Shown here: positions 35,728 to 47,500 of the stretch, piece after piece
Layout: every line of letters begins with the position of its first letter
How positions within the stretch are numbered: the stretch's first letter is position 1
IMG/VR virus record: IMGVR_UViG_3300042908_000332
Span: 1-60,636 of that record
Origin: a virus
Lineage: Duplodnaviria; Caudoviricetes
DNA length: 60,636 nucleotides
Reading direction: 5' to 3' (one strand)
The notes under the pieces: model-generated
The model's database searches: none
What the model was told of the DNA's origin: nothing
Seen by the model: the letters and a program-made list of their open reading frames with translations, nothing else
Translations under genes and position numbers: made by a program

Positions 35728-36213
35728 ATGGTTTACAAAAAAGAAGACGGTAGATTTTATAAGTTGTGCCCAAATTGCAATGAAGAGCAAAGTTATTTAA
35801 GAAAAAATTATGCTGAAGAATCATTAAGATTAGGTAAATTTTGTAAAAAATGCAGCAATAAAGATTCCGAAAGCAATGGTCACCAAGGGCACTATAAAAA
35901 TGTTCTTAGAAAATCTTTTGCTCATAAGTATCGATCTAATGCTTTGCTTAGGGGTATAATTTGGGATGTTTCTTTTGATTATCTTGCAGACTTATTAATA
36001 GAGCAAGATTTTAAATGCGCTTTAACTGGATGGGATATTCACGCAATGGAAGTTAATAGCCCGGCATCACTAGATAGGATTGATAGTTCTATAGGTTACG
36101 TTGAAGGAAATGTTCAATGGGTGGCAATTAAAGTAAATATGATGAAGCAAAGATACACTCAACAAGATTTTATAGATGTGTGTATTGCGGTATCTAATAA
36201 AGTAAAATGGTGA
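35728..36213 (+). CDS. HNH-type homing endonuclease with N-terminal Zn ribbon
   Basis: CPNC/CKKC, QDFKCALTG, SLDRIDSSIGYVEGNVQWV...N.MK. Confidence 0.88.
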   Translation: MVYKKEDGRFYKLCPNCNEEQSYLRKNYAEESLRLGKFCKKCSNKDSESNGHQGHYKNVLRKSFAHKYRSNALLRGIIWDVSFDYLADLLIEQDFKCALTGWDIHAMEVNSPASLDRIDSSIGYVEGNVQWVAIKVNMMKQRYTQQDFIDVCIAVSNKVKW

Positions 36214-36227
36214 GAAACATATTTGAT

Positions 36228-36398
36228 ATGGCTGAAGTTAAAGGTCTTGGCGATGTAGTAGAAAAGGTCGCTAGAATTACTCAAATGGATAAAGTTGCTA
36301 AATTTGTTGCTAAAGCATCTGGTGATAAGTCAGGCGGCTGTAGTAGCTGCCAACAAAGAAAAGATACTTTAAATAAGCGTTTCCCATTTAAGAAATAA
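36228..36398 (+). CDS. small conserved phage protein
   Basis: KGLGDVVEKV...GCSSCQQRKDTLN. Confidence 0.7.
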   Translation: MAEVKGLGDVVEKVARITQMDKVAKFVAKASGDKSGGCSSCQQRKDTLNKRFPFKK

Positions 36399-36399
36399 T

Positions 36400-39300
36400 A
36401 TGAAGCAGCAACACCATCCTCAAGATATTAAAACTTACCAAAAAGGTATTAATTCCGATACCAATAATGAGTTCTTAGGATCTAGTGAACAAGGAGAGCA
36501 CGTAGATGCGCTTAATATGCGTAGTATCTCCATGGACGGGAATAACTTCGCTAAGAAAAAGATTAAAGGTGAATCTATATTGTTCCCCTTAATTGATAAT
36601 AGATGTAATCCTGTAGGTACAATTACATTTGTTGGTTATCAGTGCATGATGGCTCAGGAAATAAATGGTCACATTGTAGAAATATGGGCATCAACAAAAG
36701 AGGATGAATATCCTATTATTCGTGTTGATGGTGTCATTGTAGCATATAGTCAAAATTTACCATTTGATTTAGCTCATCCATTACAGTACGATAAGAACGA
36801 AAGCTGTGTAGGCGGTGAATTTTATGTAACAAACAACAATACACCTCCGTTAGTTTTCAATGTAAAAGACCTACTTGATAATTCGGGTGATGTAGATTGT
36901 ACTGAAAAGTATTTCTCTGAATTTCAGTTAGAAGCATACGAGATTCAAGTCTCAGCTATATTATACAAACCTGCCTTCATTAAACAAGATCCAAGCTCCT
37001 CAGGTTATGATTATGTCGTTGGTGGAACAGGGTTGAATGTTGGCAGTTACTCTTACGCATATAGATTTGTTGATTCAGAAGGTGAAACAACTGAGTTCTC
37101 TCCAATTACCGAGTTGATTCCGGTAGTTAGAAATGCTAGTCCTGCAAATGGACCGCAGTATCCATTCTCTAGAACGTTCTCTAGCGAGCCTAATGTCAGC
37201 GCTCCTACATCTTATGGTAATCACCTAAGGATTAGGTATCAGAACGATAATATGTTCGCTTATATCGAATTAAGAAGAGATTCATGGTATGCAGGAGATC
37301 CAATTGGTACACCGCCTGTATCTCAGGTTATCGCAAGTATTCCTGTTACTACGGGAATGAACGTTATAAATATATTAGATAAGGCTGATGCTTTATTTGA
37401 TGGCGCAACTGAATTAGATCCTGAAGAGCAATCATCTAATGGTGCCAACATAAGAAGGGCGAAAGCTATTCGATACTTCAATAGTCGACTATATTTAATG
37501 AATGTAGGCTATGAGTCAAGAGATATAGAAAATCAAGTTGAATTTGTTGACGATACTGCGACAGGAGTATTTCCTACTATCGAAAACTTAGGAACAGCAG
37601 GGCATAAACACGTGTATAATGCGGCTATGCATAAAAGTAATATGCGTGGTGAGAAAACAGGATTTGGAGTTGTTTTATTTGATAAGAGCAACAATCCGAC
37701 ATTTGCACTACCCATTCCTTCAGCATCAAACTTTGAATTCCCCAATAGAAGGGATGAGGTTTCAACTGACACATTAAATACGTCATATAAAGGTACTGTT
37801 CGTGCAGCTGATACCAATGGTGTTGTATCTGAAACTCATGAGGTATTTGACTTAGTAGATGCAGTAAACAAAACAGGCCAAGATGATACAGAAGATGAAG
37901 ATGGCTTGATGTATAACTATCGTTCTGATGCTGCGTTGCTTCCTGATTGGTGGGAGTATACTAAGGCTCAAATGAATCCTGTATCTCAATTTGACACTAA
38001 AAGCAAACTAAATAAAGCGGTAAATAAACAAGTTGCACTTGATTCAGGGAATACTTGGATTGATTATTTTCCTAAAGGATTTGGTGCTAATTATTACGCA
38101 CAGGGATTTGCATTTAAGGGTATTCAATCTTATCCTGATTGGGCTGATGGTTTTTCAGTTGTACAAACAGAACCTGCTAAACGTGTAGTTGCTCAAGGAT
38201 TGGGATTCTACTCTTTGATTCCTGCTGGTGCTACTGCTGGGTCAGATACTCAAAAAGAAACAAATGCATTTTGGTCTTATTTTCCTGACCTTGATGTATT
38301 AAATCCTGAGATTGCTGAAGATCTTATTAACAATCCATCAACATATAGCTTGCAATTAGTTTCTCCATTGGGATATTTTTCAGAAGTCTACAATACAGAT
38401 AAGGCAGAGCTAGACAATAGAAGAAAAGGAGCTGATATTATCACTTACGCTAGAATCATTCGTGATTACAATAGCGCAACTGATTCAGATCAAATTAACC
38501 CTGGTCTTGGTCAAGATTCAGGAATATTAGATGCTTCTGATCCATCGAATACTTATAAATATGTAGCTTACGGAAGATATACTAATAATATATCAGGTGA
38601 TTCTCCAGCATTCCCTTCAAACGGAAACGGTAATGAAACATTTCCAATCATTGAAGCAGGTGATGTGACTACAAACTCAACTCGACAATCTTATTTTAGA
38701 ATTGTTGTTGATGACTCTATTACTGGAGCAATTTACAACGAGGCAGGAATGAATGGAGCTACTAACACTAATAACAATGCAGATGCTCCAGGTGTTATGG
38801 AGTGGAGGGAGCCAATGTATGTGATCAACCTTGTTAAAAATGTAGACATACCATCAGGTGTAACTACTGAATATAAATACGGTTCTTCATATGTTAAATT
38901 CAAGTCTTTAGTTCTTGAGTCGAGCGGAGCTGCAAATCAAAGTGCTATTTTAGTTTCTGAGCGTTGGGAAGATTGTATTCCTCAAATTGATGGACAAGTC
39001 AACAATGCATATACATCTGAAAAAAGATTTGTGTATTTAGATAATGGAAATGGAGTTGTTAAAAGATGGATGAATATTGAGTTTGAATCTGCACTTAATA
39101 AATCTATCATCTTAAGTAACTTAGCTGCTGCCGCTCCAGGACCATACAATGATCCTGTTCTCACTAGTGGATATGATATTTATGGAGTATACGGAAGCAC
39201 TGAATCAGCAGGTGATGGGGACAATATATGCCGTGTATTTACATTAAACTTTAATGAGATATTTGGATATGCTCCTTTTTCTGTAGTTCCTGCTGACTAT

Positions 39301-40986
39301 AAAGTATATGTGTACTATGACAATAGATTCCCTGTTCGGGTATTTGGAGGTGATACATATATCAATGAATCTATTTGGGCTCCAATTGACAACAACTATG
39401 GAAACAATGGCGAGCCTTCAAATGTAGAAGGCGGATGGATATTCCCTAGTAATGAGTTTAAGATGAACGCACCGTTCCCACTTAAAGCTTATGAGTTTGT
39501 GGATAACTATCCTATATGGCAAAATTCATCGCCTTGGAATTATGATTTTGGTTTTCACTTCCAATTCTGTGATAGCATAAAAGCTAATTCTGCATTCATT
39601 CGTCAAATGGTCACTGTATGGCCTGCGGAAACACGTGTGAATTTATCTTTTGCATTTAATGTAGAGCAACCTGATAAAGCAGTAAGCGATCAATACTATC
39701 CGTTAATTAATTACATACCAAGACCTTACAAGTGGGACTTGAGTGATCCAACGGATGCTGTTCAATTTGCTGATGACAACAATTTAATTCCTGATTACTT
39801 TGATGACTATGGTTATGAATGGAATCTATGGAATAATGGTGGGTTTAGATTCTTAATGAATGATTTGCAGACTAACATTGATTATTCAAAAAGTCAGACA
39901 AACAAAAGTTTCTTTACTAAACCTGTTGTAGGATTCGAAGAGCAGTTAGATTTCTGTACACGTATTCTATGGTCATTAAGAAGACCTGCTAATGCTCAAA
40001 ATGCACCATCTGTTAAAACATTCCCACTAGCTAATTACTTTGATATTTCTGATGATACAGGTGAAATTAAGTTTGGCTGGAGTGCTATGTCTGGAGATAA
40101 AGGAAATAATCTTTATGCATTTACAGATAGCGGCATATGCTTATTAGTTATAGATAAAAGAGTTATTCACGAAATTAACGCTAATGAACTTGCTACTATT
40201 GGCTCTGATGTTGGTGGTATTCTTAATCAGTTATGGATTGACAGGAGTATTGGAATGCATGATGAGACTTGGAGATCTTGGGCTGAATATTCTAATGCTC
40301 TCTTCTTTACTAATGGCATATCTGCTTACGCTTTTTCTGACAATCAGCTAAATGATATTGCTAGAACAGGATTCTTTGAATTACTTAACCGCAAATACAA
40401 TCAATTAATTGCTAATGGTTATGAGTCTAAGATGTCAGGTGGATTCAATGTACTTACAAAAGAGTACATAATGAATGTTGGTAATGAAGAAGAGTTTAGC
40501 ACTTTAATATATGGAACTCAACAAGCTTCATTGCAATGCCAAAGTTCTTATAACTACGATAAATACCTGTACTACAAAAACAGATTATTTGGAATGAAAA
40601 GCTCAGGAACATATGAGTTAGGCTTTGGAAACCAAATTAACGGTGAAGATATGCCTTGCTACTTGACAAATGTATCTGATGCTGTAATCATTGCAGATAA
40701 AGAATTTATTCGCATTCGTGTAAACTCAAATAGCAAGCCTGAGCAGATTTACTTCTACAAATCATATGATGACTATAAGACTGATACGTATGACTCTGTA
40801 GTGGATGCAAACGCTGTTCCATTAAGCATTAAGAACTATTTTGGTTACGAATGCTACATTCCTAGATCGATATATGCACCGTATGAGCGCAATCAGGGAA
40901 GAATGGTAATATTCAAGATTGTAAGCAGTGCTGACGAAGACTTCTTGGTCACAAGTACAGCGGTTCAGTACAAGGCTTTGAAATAA
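36400..40986 (+). CDS. tail stabilisation/nozzle protein (P22 gp10-like or crAss muzzle-like)
   Basis: 1528 aa beta-rich; KGINSD...DALNMR N-terminus, GGDTYI, DTGEIK motifs; position after ring proteins. Confidence 0.72.
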   Translation: MKQQHHPQDIKTYQKGINSDTNNEFLGSSEQGEHVDALNMRSISMDGNNFAKKKIKGESILFPLIDNRCNPVGTITFVGYQCMMAQEINGHIVEIWASTKEDEYPIIRVDGVIVAYSQNLPFDLAHPLQYDKNESCVGGEFYVTNNNTPPLVFNVKDLLDNSGDVDCTEKYFSEFQLEAYEIQVSAILYKPAFIKQDPSSSGYDYVVGGTGLNVGSYSYAYRFVDSEGETTEFSPITELIPVVRNASPANGPQYPFSRTFSSEPNVSAPTSYGNHLRIRYQNDNMFAYIELRRDSWYAGDPIGTPPVSQVIASIPVTTGMNVINILDKADALFDGATELDPEEQSSNGANIRRAKAIRYFNSRLYLMNVGYESRDIENQVEFVDDTATGVFPTIENLGTAGHKHVYNAAMHKSNMRGEKTGFGVVLFDKSNNPTFALPIPSASNFEFPNRRDEVSTDTLNTSYKGTVRAADTNGVVSETHEVFDLVDAVNKTGQDDTEDEDGLMYNYRSDAALLPDWWEYTKAQMNPVSQFDTKSKLNKAVNKQVALDSGNTWIDYFPKGFGANYYAQGFAFKGIQSYPDWADGFSVVQTEPAKRVVAQGLGFYSLIPAGATAGSDTQKETNAFWSYFPDLDVLNPEIAEDLINNPSTYSLQLVSPLGYFSEVYNTDKAELDNRRKGADIITYARIIRDYNSATDSDQINPGLGQDSGILDASDPSNTYKYVAYGRYTNNISGDSPAFPSNGNGNETFPIIEAGDVTTNSTRQSYFRIVVDDSITGAIYNEAGMNGATNTNNNADAPGVMEWREPMYVINLVKNVDIPSGVTTEYKYGSSYVKFKSLVLESSGAANQSAILVSERWEDCIPQIDGQVNNAYTSEKRFVYLDNGNGVVKRWMNIEFESALNKSIILSNLAAAAPGPYNDPVLTSGYDIYGVYGSTESAGDGDNICRVFTLNFNEIFGYAPFSVVPADYKVYVYYDNRFPVRVFGGDTYINESIWAPIDNNYGNNGEPSNVEGGWIFPSNEFKMNAPFPLKAYEFVDNYPIWQNSSPWNYDFGFHFQFCDSIKANSAFIRQMVTVWPAETRVNLSFAFNVEQPDKAVSDQYYPLINYIPRPYKWDLSDPTDAVQFADDNNLIPDYFDDYGYEWNLWNNGGFRFLMNDLQTNIDYSKSQTNKSFFTKPVVGFEEQLDFCTRILWSLRRPANAQNAPSVKTFPLANYFDISDDTGEIKFGWSAMSGDKGNNLYAFTDSGICLLVIDKRVIHEINANELATIGSDVGGILNQLWIDRSIGMHDETWRSWAEYSNALFFTNGISAYAFSDNQLNDIARTGFFELLNRKYNQLIANGYESKMSGGFNVLTKEYIMNVGNEEEFSTLIYGTQQASLQCQSSYNYDKYLYYKNRLFGMKSSGTYELGFGNQINGEDMPCYLTNVSDAVIIADKEFIRIRVNSNSKPEQIYFYKSYDDYKTDTYDSVVDANAVPLSIKNYFGYECYIPRSIYAPYERNQGRMVIFKIVSSADEDFLVTSTAVQYKALK

Positions 40987-41012
40987 TTATTAAATTTGAA
41001 AAAATATAGATT

Positions 41013-41672
41013 ATGGCTAATATATTAGGCGCATTAGGAAAAGTAGGAAGTGCTATTGCAGCTCCAGGAGTTGGTGAGGCAGCTCAATTAGCATTTTCAG
41101 GTGGCCAAGCCTTAATGGGCGCAATGAAAAATAAGCAAGCTAATGCTATGACTCCTCCGGCAGAAAGCGCTATGGAGCGCCAAATGCTAAATACTATCCG
41201 TAGACGTAGAAGAGCTATTGAGACAGGAACCGCCAATGCAGCACAGACCGCATCAGCTCGTCAGCTAGGTAAAACCATGATGACAAATGCGGCTAGAGCA
41301 GGAGGTCAAGTTAACTACGGTCAATACAATCAATTGATTGGAAATGCCATGGGTAACATTGCTGCTCAAACAGCACAACAGCTTAATCCTTTACTTGGCT
41401 TAGAGCAACAACAAACTACAGGTATGGTTAACCGTGCTACAGACCTTAGTTTACTACGTAGAAACGAAATGAAAGCTGATGCAGCTAGAATGCAACAGGC
41501 AGGCTCACAAAACTTACTTGCTACCATGGGTGCAGGTAAACTTAATTCAGAAAATAAAGGTCTTAAAGCACAAGCTGATAATCAAAATACTCAGATTAGT
41601 TCTTTGATGGCAATTATAAAAGATTTACAAGGCAAACTAGCTGCTCAACCAGCTGCAACAACAGGAAGTTAA
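41013..41672 (+). CDS. putative ejection/DNA pilot protein
   Basis: Gly/Ala-rich hydrophobic N-terminus, Gln/Ala-rich helices; promoter element TAAATTTG at 40991-40998. Confidence 0.65.
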   Translation: MANILGALGKVGSAIAAPGVGEAAQLAFSGGQALMGAMKNKQANAMTPPAESAMERQMLNTIRRRRRAIETGTANAAQTASARQLGKTMMTNAARAGGQVNYGQYNQLIGNAMGNIAAQTAQQLNPLLGLEQQQTTGMVNRATDLSLLRRNEMKADAARMQQAGSQNLLATMGAGKLNSENKGLKAQADNQNTQISSLMAIIKDLQGKLAAQPAATTGS

Positions 41673-41673
41673 G

Positions 41674-44481
41674 ATGGCAAAACAGAGAAAAGGAATATCT
41701 AAAGCCTTAAAAAAAGGTAAAGTAGAATCAGGATTTACGATTAATGAATCTCCTGATGATGACTTAGGATTTGGTACTCCAAAAACAAAAGAAAAAAACT
41801 TAAGCCAAGCTGCTAAAGAGCAGAATGAATTTAATAAAAGATGGGCAAGTCCTTCAAGTGTTAGCTCTAAAAATTATGATAATTCTCCAGGTGAAGTTCC
41901 TGAAGAATATGATGGCAGCACTAATTCTTTTTCTGATTATAGAATTGTTGAAAATTGGAAGAAAGAAGATAAAGCTAGACAATTAGAGCCTGGCGCAGGT
42001 AATCCATCTGTACCAGGCTATACTAATTATACAGATCGTGATGCGAGAAAAATGGACCCTGTTTATGCTGATGCAGCTGGACTTGGTATTAATCAAATGA
42101 TGAGAAGAAAAGATGCAGGAACTCCCGTTTACGCAACTAAAGATCAGCCAACTTTAAATAATCCAAATGGAAAAGGTTTAGATCCTAAAATGGATTCAAT
42201 GCCAACTAAGGAAGCAGGAAGCATAGCCCCTACTCAAGGTAAATCATTAGTTGCCGCAGTACAACAAAACCCTGTTGCTCAAGTAACTCAGAATGAAATA
42301 CTTAATACAGGTGTTAAAGATGCATCTAGCCCATCTCAATTACAGCAGGCTGTACAGATATCTTCCGAAGCAAAAAAAGAAGCTGAGAAAATAGAAGGAA
42401 GTGTTGATGCAGCACTTGCAGACGCAGCAAAGGTAACTACTGCTCCTTATGGTTCATTTGATGAAGAGGACGCAGCATCAATGGCTACTGCACAAGCAGG
42501 AAATACAGCTCCTACTGGAAGTGTTCCAACTATAAATATTCAAGAACAAGCTACAGCAATACCTGGTGATGGAAGAACTGTTTCAAGCGTTGTATCCACT
42601 CAAGGACAAACTCCTACGCCTAGCTATCAACAAACTGCATCGACTCAAGATGTTCAGAATGGAGTTATTGATATGTATGCTAAAATTAATGAAGGCATTC
42701 CAAAGGCTGTGGTTGAGAAATTAGGCATTCAAGACTACTATCCTAATGTAGGTAGAGATATTGCAGTAGGGACGTTCTCAGGTAGCCGTATCGGTAGTCA
42801 GACTATCTATTCAGGTGCAGGCGCATTACTTCCCATGGGATTATATGATGCTAGAAAGAGAGCATTGTCTGAAGCAGCTAAAGAAAAGAAAAAGCAATTA
42901 GATAAATTCTTTGATGTTATTGAAACAGCTCCTCAATACTCTAAAGCAGTAAATGAGAGTTGGAACAATTGGTTAAATGAAAATTTAGCTAAATATAATT
43001 TCGATGCTGATAGGTTCTTGTCCGATCCTAATATGCGCAAAGAGTACGCTAAGAGGCTCTCTAACGCAAAAGATATTACTTATTGGACTACTTGGGCTGA
43101 TGGATATCTAAAAGACGCTGAAAAGAAAGAAAACTACGGTACTGCTGAAGGTATAAGAATTGCAGGAGAAATCAAAATGGCAGTAATTGATCACATGGAT
43201 GAGATTGCATCAGGCCAAAAAAGCTTGAAGGATTTCATTGATATTGACAAAGCCAAGCTATATCAGAACATTATTCCTCAAATGGATCTTATTGTCAAAG
43301 AAGCACTTGATCCAAATAGGATGGGTAAATCACCTATTAACATGAGAACAGGTGATGTTGAAGGTAAAATGGATCCTGAAGAATTTAAGCAACAGCGTGA
43401 TGAATTTGTCATAAAAGTAAAATCAGGAACTCTTGGAAAAGACGAGTATTTATCTGGATTTAAGAAGTTCTTTACTGGTGACTATGAGCAAATTATAGAT
43501 GGATTGATTGAAAGTGGTAAGTTTAGCGCAGAACAAAGAGATGCTGCTATTGATTACTTTGCAGGTCAAATGCAAGAGCAAATAGAAGTTAATCCTCAAT
43601 TTGTGGATAACGATGCTCTTGAGTATGCTAGATTAGCTGAAGATAGAAGACAGTTTGACGCTGAATTTGAAAGAAAGAAAGAGGAAGGCAAAACCCCTTG
43701 GACCGTAGCTAATGAGTTAATGAATAGAACTAATGGCAATACAGGTAAAACTATGCAACAAGAACTACTTGAGGCTAGAAGACAAGGATATACAGGGGAT
43801 AAACTTAAAACTTATATGCTTAGAAAAGCTAGAGAATTAGGATTCCCTAATGCTGAGTGGGACCCTAACTTAGGTACTGTTGTAATGAAGTCACCTGCTA
43901 GTCAGTATGAGGCAAACAATTACTTTCCTGTAAGTACAACTAATAAGGAAGCTTTCATTAAATTAATTGAGGTAAAAACAGTAAATGGCAAAAAAATAAA
44001 AACACCTGTTTCTATTGCAATTGATGAATTTGTTAATGACAAAAATGCTGCTAAAAAATATATGTTTACAGACGGAAGCAATGTAACCGATGAAGATTTA
44101 ACATCTTGGAAAGATGCTTACGGAAATAACAGGGTAGCCATTAAGCCATCTTCTTATGAAAGTTATTATGGTATTGCAGGAAGTCAAACTGGAAAACAAC
44201 GCCCTGTAAATAGCACAACTATTGTAGATTACGATCCACGCAGAGCTGTAAACATTAGAAACTCTACAGGTCAAGCATATGCAACTATTCCTGTTGAAGG
44301 AAAACCAGGTGAAAACAGAGCTGTAGCTTTAAAAGGTACTATTTTTGTTCCTGCTGATATTAATGACCCTACTCAAAGAAGGGTAGCTGATGGTATGTTT
44401 GGTAATGATGCTAAACAATTCCAATACACTCAGCAAGGTGAAACAAGCAGTTCTTCTAGTGGATCAATGAGTTCTCAATAG
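41674..44481 (+). CDS. large putative internal virion (ejection) protein
   Basis: 935 aa, low-complexity N-half, helical C-half, synteny. Confidence 0.6.
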   Translation: MAKQRKGISKALKKGKVESGFTINESPDDDLGFGTPKTKEKNLSQAAKEQNEFNKRWASPSSVSSKNYDNSPGEVPEEYDGSTNSFSDYRIVENWKKEDKARQLEPGAGNPSVPGYTNYTDRDARKMDPVYADAAGLGINQMMRRKDAGTPVYATKDQPTLNNPNGKGLDPKMDSMPTKEAGSIAPTQGKSLVAAVQQNPVAQVTQNEILNTGVKDASSPSQLQQAVQISSEAKKEAEKIEGSVDAALADAAKVTTAPYGSFDEEDAASMATAQAGNTAPTGSVPTINIQEQATAIPGDGRTVSSVVSTQGQTPTPSYQQTASTQDVQNGVIDMYAKINEGIPKAVVEKLGIQDYYPNVGRDIAVGTFSGSRIGSQTIYSGAGALLPMGLYDARKRALSEAAKEKKKQLDKFFDVIETAPQYSKAVNESWNNWLNENLAKYNFDADRFLSDPNMRKEYAKRLSNAKDITYWTTWADGYLKDAEKKENYGTAEGIRIAGEIKMAVIDHMDEIASGQKSLKDFIDIDKAKLYQNIIPQMDLIVKEALDPNRMGKSPINMRTGDVEGKMDPEEFKQQRDEFVIKVKSGTLGKDEYLSGFKKFFTGDYEQIIDGLIESGKFSAEQRDAAIDYFAGQMQEQIEVNPQFVDNDALEYARLAEDRRQFDAEFERKKEEGKTPWTVANELMNRTNGNTGKTMQQELLEARRQGYTGDKLKTYMLRKARELGFPNAEWDPNLGTVVMKSPASQYEANNYFPVSTTNKEAFIKLIEVKTVNGKKIKTPVSIAIDEFVNDKNAAKKYMFTDGSNVTDEDLTSWKDAYGNNRVAIKPSSYESYYGIAGSQTGKQRPVNSTTIVDYDPRRAVNIRNSTGQAYATIPVEGKPGENRAVALKGTIFVPADINDPTQRRVADGMFGNDAKQFQYTQQGETSSSSSGSMSSQ

Positions 44482-44522
44482 AAATAAAGCCTCATTGGCT
44501 ATCTTTGTATAAAATATAGATA

Positions 44523-47500
44523 ATGGAAGAAAACTTAATGCAGACTCAAACGGGTGGAACTGGAGAAACAATTCAACTTCAGACTCAAGAAACACCCTCT
44601 GCTGAACAATTTGATGTAAAGATAAATCCTCAAGTTGATAGTGAGCCACCTGCTCCTACGCAGCCAATAGAGCCTGTAAAACCAGTAACAGTTCCTACAC
44701 AACAAGAAGCACAACAACAAGCTATATTACCTACGGCACCAGTAGAGGAACCAACTCCTGCGCAACCCGTAGATGACTTGGATGCTATATTCAATGATGA
44801 TGAAATAGTAAAACCTAGACCATTATCTATTCCTAATCAACCTCCTAATCCTGAAACACCTAAGCTTGGTGAGATTACTGAAGTTGACACATCGTTTGTA
44901 AAGCCATTAAATATTGTTGAGGACGTAGAAATTCCCGAGCAAAAAGTAGAGCCTGAAAAACCTGTCGAGATTCCTGTTCCATTAGTTGAGGATCCCAATA
45001 ATCCAGGCATTCTTATTCAAGCTACTACTCCTAAACAAACTAGCACTGAGTACAATAACAAACCTGTTACAGTAACTAATCAGGGTCATGTTGTAAAGAA
45101 TACTGAAGTTAAAACAGCAGAAGCTAAACCCGATGGATTCTATAAGTACGGAGACAATATATATCAAAAGAAAGATGATCAGTGGTACAAGGATGTTACC
45201 GGACAAGGTGGATTTAAACTAATTGAAAAAGACGCTGAGGAACGTACCAAAGAATTAAACTTAAACGCTAGAACTCTTAACTATGATCCAAAAGGGGATT
45301 ATTATGTATACGACAAGCACCTTTATAAAAAGAAAGGTGATAATTGGTACAAAGAAGTAAAGGGTGAGTTTGTTAAGCTTAAGGAAGGTAACGTAGCTCA
45401 ACGCCAAGCTGAGTTGAATAGAAATGCTATTCCATATAGACCAGGAGGAAAGTCTTACGCTGTGAATATGGCTGAGAATATAATCACTCCTAAGTACGGT
45501 AGAATAGGTGACTTCAACTCATACAACTTATTAACATCGGGTGGTGATAAAACGGTTGCAGCAGGTATGTCATTTAGCTCTCTTACTGCACCTAAGATTG
45601 CAGCAAAAGACAGAATGTACAATGATGATGGTACGTATAATTTTAATTACGATGCTAATTATGCTAAGTCAACTCCTGAAAATAGAGCTGTCATAGATGC
45701 AGCTAATAAGCCTGTTTCACAACCTGTTGTTCCAATTTCATATTTGTTACCTTCTGTAAAGCTAGTCACAGGTCTTGATTTAAATGCTGTTAAGAATAGC
45801 GCAGAAGAACTTCAAGACCCTAAGTATCAACAAGCATTTTACAACGCATCTAACTTTGCTGAAAAAGACTTGATGACTATGTTTGCTGAAAACAATAAGT
45901 TATCTAAAGATCAGTTTACTCAGTTGGTAAAATACCAAGATCAAGTTAAGAAAATTGTTGGTGACGGAACGTACACTGCTGATAAGGCTAAGGCTTTGGC
46001 AGGTGTTATGGCTAGTACTGAAAATTTCTTTAATCAAGCAAGAGACGTAAACACATTTGTTAACGAGGCTTACTCTAAAGATATGAGCCTTGGTCAGTAT
46101 TCACTTGATCAGAAAAAGCAGGATTATATGGAGCAATTGAATCTCCGTGACAATTCTGATTTTCAAGATGCTGCTAAAGAATCATTTGAATCTACAGTTG
46201 CTATTGCTGACTTTATTCAGGAGAACATTGACTCAGGTAAAATGATGTATGACCGTGTTAATGGCGGATACAAATTCTCAAATAACATTAGCGAAACAGA
46301 AAAGAGATACATTGAAACTCAGTTGTCTAAGATGACATCTGACTACAACAAGCTAGAACAGGAAAATTATGCTTCTGTTCGTGGTGAAATCAGCGAGTTT
46401 AAAGGTGAACTATCGGGTATCAACGCTCAGATTAACTCACTTAAAAAACAGGCTCAAGGATTAAGTTCTGATGACCCTAGATTAAAAGAAATTAACGGTC
46501 AATTGTTTGGTCTTAATAAGCAAAAAGAGTTGCTTGAGAAAAAGATTGACAACAAAGAATCGTTGCTATCTACTGTATTCAAAACCGAACCACAAAAGTT
46601 TGCTAAGGAAACAGCTAAGAATCTTACTGAAACATCTCAGACTATTCTCTCTGCTATTCCTAAAGAGTTCAGTCCTAAGGAAAGATTTGACTTCTTTTAT
46701 CGCCAACTATCTACTGCTAATGATGGATTGGCTAAAGCAAATCAAATTGATGAGGAATATCTAACTAGACTTTCTAGAAGATTTAGAGATATGCTTGATT
46801 GGGGTGGATACTTCTCTCTTAGTGAAGCTGAGAAAGAGTATTTGCACAACAAGGCTATGCTCAATCAATTAGCACCATTATACTACAATAACGACTTTGG
46901 GATTACTAAATCTAGTGGTGACTTCTTTGAATCATTCATGAATGGATTCTCTAAAGCGTTGTTGCCTAATACATCAGCATCTGATGGTTACTTTGCTCAA
47001 TCTGAGGCAGCTAACACAATGAAAAGCTTCTTAGAGGAAAAAGGATTCACCGAAGAAGATATGCTTGATGAGGACGCTTTTAAAGAACTTGAGGATGCTA
47101 CACGTGTTGATTTCTTAAGTAGAGAGAATTGGGGTAATATGGTTGGTACAACAGCAGGAATTATTGTTCCTCTTATTGTTACCGAAATGGTTCCAGGATC
47201 AGCAGTTAAAGTAGGTAATTCCGTAGAAAAACTAGTAGCAGGAACTAACAATGTTCAAAAAGCAGCTCAGTATGTAAATAGAGCAACTGATGCTTTTGAT
47301 GCTGCTATGTCCACAACTAAATTAGGTAGATTCTTATTGCCTGCTGTAAAAGAAGGTGTTAAGTTCGAGGCTACAGGTAGATTGTTTGGATCTACAGAAG
47401 ATGAGATGTACTTCATGTCAGGTTTAATAGGTGGAGCTGCATCTAACGCATTTACTAAAGTACTTGCTAAAATGACACCGCCTCAAGCCGCTAAATACAT

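Noticed and set aside
43225-43255. DFIDID resembling the crAss-like virion RNA polymerase DFDID motif
   Set aside because: Spacing is wrong and the context is helical; FDFDK near 48670 is equally unconvincing
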